Positions 59,522 to 64,000 of a stretch of 64,000 nt of DNA are shown in pieces. The notes below the pieces were generated by a model that was not told where the DNA came from, did not search any database, and worked only from the letters and a program-made list of their open reading frames with translations. The stretch covers positions 2,112,001-2,176,000 of the forward strand of contig CAVVXN010000005.1 in NCBI GenBank assembly GCA_963752285.1, in the 5' to 3' direction. The position numbers were made by a program, and so were the translations under genes. Origin of the DNA: an uncultured Planctomycetota bacterium. GTDB lineage: Bacteria; Planctomycetota; PLA2; JAEUHO01. The first letter of the stretch is position 1. Each line of letters starts with the position of its first letter.

Positions 59522-60868
59522 CTACTTACACGGCCTCGTATCCTTCGCGACTGTGTAGAGAGCCAGGTCGGCGGCTCGGCGCACGGACTCTGGAAGGTCG
59601 CTTCGGATCCTCCGGAGGAGGTCGACGACGGCCGCGCGCTCCTGCTGGAGCTCCGTGAGGGCGTCGGGTATCCACCTTCGATCCCGAAGCGGGACACTCC
59701 CGTCCTGGAGGACATCGCCGAGGACACGGATCGCGGCCGGTGCCTCCTTCGAGTCCCGCATACCAAGCGTCAGTGCGGCGCTCATACGCAACCAGTAGTG
59801 CGCCTGCGCGTCCGCCCGCAGGCTCATCAAAGTGGGCCGGACGCGAGGCCCCCAGGTCGAGAGGCGGCTGAGCGCGCGGATCGCCTGCCCGCGCAGCCCT
59901 ACTGCAAGGTCCGACGAATCGGCGAACGCGAGCAACTTGCCCTCGAACTCGGTCGCGCGCGCCGGCAGCGCCACGGCCAGAACGGTCAGGCCCAGGACAC
60001 GCAGTATCGGCACGGGCTCGGCGTCGAGCCGCTCTTCCAGGCGTCCGGCGACCGGCTCTGCATCTGCCCCCAGATCTGTCAGCCCCTCGAGGGCAGCCGC
60101 GCGACGCACCAAGTCCGTGCTTTCGAGCGCCTGCCGCGTGAGCTCATGGATCTGCTTGCCCGTCAGAGCCTGGATGGCTTCGAGCAACAATCCAGCGAAG
60201 GGCTCGTCCTGTGTCTCAGAGTAGGTACGCTCCAGCGCGGCAAGAAGTGCCGGTTCCGTGCCTCGTCGAGCGCGGATGAAAGTCGTAAGCCCGGCCCACG
60301 TCATCATTTCGCGGCGCCCGGAGAGCTGGTTGCGCTCTTCCAAGACGGCAACCAAGTCGCCTTCGGTCAGGGGCGCGCGAAAAGGGTCGCGAGAGAGCAG
60401 CTTGAGCGCCTCACCCCGTAGTGCGGGGTTCCGACGCGTGTTTCTGATGAAGCCCGCCACGAAGGTCAGGGCTGATGGATTTCGGCAACCGAGCATCGTA
60501 AGGGCTCGAAGCGCCTGCTCCACCTCGTCCAGTTCCTCTGCGTCAAGACGCGCCGCGACGAGTACGACCAACGCGTCGGGAGCCACGGCAGCAGTTCCCA
60601 CCGTCTCGAGCGCGAGTCTCCTGACCGAAGCCTCCTCCGACTCCGCGAGCAGATCGGACGCGAGCCGAAGGGAGCCAGGCAATCGCTCCCACAGTTCGTA
60701 GGCGGCAGCGACCCTTCCCGCCCTGACCGCGGTCACGAGCTCGCGCACTTCCTCGTCACTATCCGGAGCTCCGCGCACGTTGATTACGCCGCCCATCAGC
60801 AGACCGAAGAGGAGGGTGAGGATCTGGAGAAGTAGTCGCCCATGGCTAGCCGTCCACGGATGTTTCAT
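59522..60868 (-). CDS. Exported HEAT-repeat protein
   Basis: Signal/anchor helix; VRRLALE, VRRAAALEGL, LRGQAIRAL, VRRAADLAL repeats. Confidence 0.75.
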   Translation of the reverse strand: MKHPWTASHGRLLLQILTLLFGLLMGGVINVRGAPDSDEEVRELVTAVRAGRVAAAYELWERLPGSLRLASDLLAESEEASVRRLALETVGTAAVAPDALVVLVAARLDAEELDEVEQALRALTMLGCRNPSALTFVAGFIRNTRRNPALRGEALKLLSRDPFRAPLTEGDLVAVLEERNQLSGRREMMTWAGLTTFIRARRGTEPALLAALERTYSETQDEPFAGLLLEAIQALTGKQIHELTRQALESTDLVRRAAALEGLTDLGADAEPVAGRLEERLDAEPVPILRVLGLTVLAVALPARATEFEGKLLAFADSSDLAVGLRGQAIRALSRLSTWGPRVRPTLMSLRADAQAHYWLRMSAALTLGMRDSKEAPAAIRVLGDVLQDGSVPLRDRRWIPDALTELQQERAAVVDLLRRIRSDLPESVRRAADLALYTVAKDTRPCK

Positions 60869-61238
60869 TGCGCGGCTCCTCCTCCGGTGGATGCGAAGAC
60901 ATCGCGTGCCCAAGCACGGGGGCGACGACATCCTCCAGGATGCGGTCCATGGCGACGTTGATGTCCTCCTGACGCCGGTATATCTGAGGGAAGACGTTAA
61001 TCTCAAGGAGGAACGCGGCAAGTTCCCGTGCTCGCCCAGTCACGAGCACGTCCAAGGCCCACAGGCACATCACGGGGCGATCCGCGCCGGCGAGAGCCAC
61101 CATCGTCATCGTGGCGTGCACCGCCTGCAACACTTGCTCGCGGGTGGCCTGCCACGAGTCGTCGGCCGCCTCGAGTTCTCTAAGCTCGAACAGCCGCGGC
61201 TTCACTCCCATCCGAGTGCTATGGGACGAATTGCACAA

Positions 61239-62247
61239 CCTGGGTATCGGGATGATGACGGTCGGCACTACCCCTTGGGGTCGCGGGCGTACAGCGCCTC
61301 GTACGTGAGGGTCCCAACGTGCGGCACCAGCCCCAGAAGGCGCTGGAAGGCTGCCCCCAGGTTGCGGCGCCGGTTGTACCGGAACGCGAACTCGTCCAGG
61401 TAGGCCTGAAGGTGCTTCGCCCTCATGGCGCCGTGGTGCGTGCCATGAAGCCAGGCCTTGAGGTTGCCGATGGCCATGTGGAATGCGGGGAGGACGTCCT
61501 CCCTCGTGATCCCCCGCCGCCCGACGACCTGCACGCGGTGCCGGTAGCCCCTCAACTCGTCATAGCCCTGGTGCCCGTCCGTGACGATCGTGGCCCCCGG
61601 CTCCACGACGGCCCGGACGAAGGCATGCAACGTCGCCCGGTCGGCCGCCTGGATCACCCGCAGACGAATCCGCTGGGGGGCCTTGCCACGGCACTCCACC
61701 GCCCCGACGACAAGGGTCTTCCCGAGGGCTCCCCGCCCACGAGGGCCGCTTTGCGGCCCGCCGAGGTAGGTCTCGTCCACCTCGACCCGGCCCCGCAGGG
61801 GCTCGCGGCCGGGCGCCACCATGGCCCGGCGCAGCTTGTGGAGCATCGTGAAGGCCGTTTCGTACGACAGGCCGAGTTGCCGGGAGAGTTCCAGGGCGGA
61901 GATCCCGCTCTTGCTCGACACGAGCAGCCATGCCGCCCAGAGCCACGCACGCGAGCTCACCTTGCTCTTGTGCAGGGCAGTACCCGCCGTCACGGACGCG
62001 ATGTGTCCGCAGCCGGCGCACTCCAGAGCTCTTCGGTCCTTCCGGGCGTAAGAGCGACCCTCGCCGCACCGGGGGCACCGGAAACCGTCCGGCCAGCGGC
62101 ACTCCACCAGATAGGCGTGGCATGCCTCTTCGGTGGCGAAGCGGTCCTGGAACTCAAGCAGCGTCCGGGGGAAGGACGGCCGGCGCGCGGTCATACCGGG
62201 ACCAAATACCACCGGTGGGGTCTTCCGTCAACATCCCGATACCCAGG
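61239..62247 (-). mobile_element. IS1595-family insertion sequence (1009 bp)
   Basis: 23-bp TIRs CCTGGGTATCGGGATG[A/T]TGACGG; 8-bp TSD TTGCACAA at 61231-61238 and 62248-62255. Confidence 0.95.
61268..62212 (-). CDS. IS1595-family transposase
   Basis: RWPDGFRCPRC Zn ribbon, VEVDETYLGG, TDGHQGY, KHLQAYLDEFAFRYNRR. Confidence 0.95.
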   Translation of the reverse strand: MVFGPGMTARRPSFPRTLLEFQDRFATEEACHAYLVECRWPDGFRCPRCGEGRSYARKDRRALECAGCGHIASVTAGTALHKSKVSSRAWLWAAWLLVSSKSGISALELSRQLGLSYETAFTMLHKLRRAMVAPGREPLRGRVEVDETYLGGPQSGPRGRGALGKTLVVGAVECRGKAPQRIRLRVIQAADRATLHAFVRAVVEPGATIVTDGHQGYDELRGYRHRVQVVGRRGITREDVLPAFHMAIGNLKAWLHGTHHGAMRAKHLQAYLDEFAFRYNRRRNLGAAFQRLLGLVPHVGTLTYEALYARDPKG

Positions 62248-63001
62248 TTGCACAATTGCGATTCCAAACGGTCTGGAGCGAAGGGCGTCGGCGCCAGACG
62301 CACCAGGACCAAGGGCAGCACGTGATAGCTGAGCACTCTTCGCCCCGTCACGAGCACATACGCGCGAAAGTCTACTTTGCGCCCTTCATGCAGGAGGGGG
62401 TTCTGCAGGAGCTCCTGTATCACGTATCCGCCGCTGGACGTAAGGAGCGAGAAGGGCGTAACCAGCATCTGAGTGCCTACGCCCCGCGTACCCGCGCTCC
62501 GCTTGGCCAGCAGCGTCAGCTTCGGCAAGTCGAGCTCGGAGAAGCTCTCGTAACCCTCAGGTGGAAGCCACGTGCGTGGTCTCGGCACCTCTAGACTTGT
62601 GACCCGCGCGAAGTCCCTGCAGGCCAGTTCGAGATTGCGCTTCAGACCGTACCGGACGAGTGTAGGCTGATAGTTCGTCCACAGCCCGAGTTCGCCCGCC
62701 TCACGGAGCGCCCGGTAGGCCACGCGGTCGTACGGCATGGACCGTTGCGCGGTGCCGTGGACGGGACAGCTGATGAAGACCGGCGACCTTGAGCTCACAC
62801 CGAGATAACACAGGGCCTGCACGGGGGAGTGGTCCACCCGAACGCGAAGCCCGCGCGACGCCGGGCCTAGATCCAGATCTCCCAATGTGACCGGCCAACT
62901 GGACAGTCCTCCCCTCGCAAGTGCAGCCGCGATTCGCCGAGGCGCTGCCGCCTGCGATGTCGGAGTGAGGAGCGCTAGCATTGCTTGTGGCCCTGCGACT
63001 C

Positions 63002-63238
63002 TCAGTCGCTGCGGCGCCGGAGTATGAAGACGCTCGTGCCAGGGATGCCCGTCACGAGCTCCCAGCCCTCCGCTCCGAGCGGAGCCAGCACGTCCTTGAT
63101 CTGCGCCACGAGCGACTCATCTGATCCAGGGGGCAGCACGACACCTCTATACTCCCAACGGTGGCCCGCCGTCGAACGCCCTGGTTGGGCCGCCCGCTTC
63201 TTCTCGCTCGTCATGATGCACCCCCGTTGTGTGGTCAT
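63002..63238 (-). CDS. Small DUF4177-like protein
   Basis: WEYR...L..LGAEGWELV......FILRR. Confidence 0.7.
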   Translation of the reverse strand: MTTQRGCIMTSEKKRAAQPGRSTAGHRWEYRGVVLPPGSDESLVAQIKDVLAPLGAEGWELVTGIPGTSVFILRRRSD

Positions 63239-64000
63239 CGATTCTGACTGCGCTTAGTGGATCCGTCAAGACCGCCGCCGCCCGGGCATCCACCGGGGCT
63301 CGGGGACTCCCGATAGCCGCCACGTTCTGACGGCGTGAATCCGCCCCGGCGTCGCAACGGTCTCCTGCCTCCCTGCGCAAGACCCCGGAGCAGAGGCGCC
63401 CCCGGGCGCTGGGTGCCGTTCCCCGTCCTCCGCGGAGGAGGGGACCGTGTGCCAGCAGGCGCGCGTGGGCCGGCATTTCCGGGGGCAGCCCGAGCCCTGG
63501 CCGGCGTGGGCGCCTCCTGTCCCTGCGTGTTGATGGGCAGTCCCCTTCCTGCGGCCCAGTCGATGCGGTGATCCTCAAGGCCCAGCGGCATATGCGGGGC
63601 ACCCTCGGCATCCATCTCAAGGGCGCGTCGGGCGATCTTCTCCTTCTGACTGCGGAGCTTCCGATGTAGCGAGTGCACCATGTCGGTGAACCGACTGCTA
63701 AGCGGAGAGAAGGTGAAGTCCCAATTGATGGCCTCTTCCATCGGGTCAGGGAAGTCCCATGAGTACGGATACGGTTTCACCTTCTCGAACGTCCGGGAAG
63801 AGTCAAAGTTCAGGACACCACGCCGCACTTGGCCGCGCTTCTGTTTCCGTTGGAGCGCGGCGTAAAGGACGCTGGCATCGCCTGCGACGGCCGTGTCCAG
63901 CGTCTTCTTGCCGTTCCACTTGACAACCTCCTCTGGCGAGGTTGCCTCAAGGACTAGTCGGACATTGGGGTGTGTCGTTGGTTTGCGGAACTTTTGGAGG
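63235..64000 (-). CDS. Hypothetical protein, 5' end outside window
   Basis: Frame of ORF 63235..63828 stays open to the window edge (LQKFRKPTTHPNVRLV...). Confidence 0.5.
   Translation of the reverse strand, partial: LQKFRKPTTHPNVRLVLEATSPEEVVKWNGKKTLDTAVAGDASVLYAALQRKQKRGQVRRGVLNFDSSRTFEKVKPYPYSWDFPDPMEEAINWDFTFSPLSSRFTDMVHSLHRKLRSQKEKIARRALEMDAEGAPHMPLGLEDHRIDWAAGRGLPINTQGQEAPTPARARAAPGNAGPRAPAGTRSPPPRRTGNGTQRPGAPLLRGLAQGGRRPLRRRGGFTPSERGGYRESPSPGGCPGGGGLDGSTKRSQNR

Larger units (their letters stand above)
60846..62981 (-). pseudogene. Tubulin-tyrosine-ligase-like ATP-grasp gene split by IS
   Basis: K.SAGTRGVG, VIQELLQNPLLHEGRKVDFRAYVLVT, VRLA...LCN | ...WALDVLV...LLEINVFP; frame restored by removing the IS plus one TSD. 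Confidence 0.8.
39946..64000. mobile_element. tRNA-adjacent mosaic island of decayed prophage-like modules
   Basis: Phage packaging and recombination genes, repeated modules, lower-GC cargo, IS elements; right boundary not seen. Confidence 0.8.

Noticed and set aside
39946..64000. Intact inducible prophage
   Set aside because: No integrase, portal, capsid, tail or lysis genes seen; terL is broken

Overview
Very GC-rich bacterial chromosome segment; gene content suggests Planctomycetota, but this is inference only. Positions 1-39.9 kb are mostly core genome: a type IV pilus cluster (pilB partial, pilT, two OmpA/MotB-domain lipoproteins, pilD, PilZ), ssb, an acyl-CoA synthetase, metG, a B12-mutase/acyl-CoA cluster, pyrK, a NUDIX-HD fusion, argS, a PP2C phosphatase, D-cysteine desulfhydrase, an amidase and hypothetical genes. 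This half also holds a 92-bp tandem array that re-copies the SSB acidic tip (DDDIPF-stop) six times, a six-copy palindrome array after metG whose flanks show strand-biased synonymous changes, a 15-bp VNTR and a dispersed ~56-nt intergenic element. Downstream of tRNA-Arg(CCT) (39869-39945) is a decayed mosaic island. It contains three copies of a phage-like packaging module (HNH - two orphan Phd antitoxins - ParB/DNA methylase - DUF1937 - terS - terL, to varying completeness), each preceded by different lower-GC cargo of mostly secreted proteins. It also contains an IS66 remnant and an ATP-grasp/HEAT/tubulin-tyrosine-ligase-like cluster interrupted by an intact IS1595-family element. Family names come from motif recognition by eye; no searches were run.
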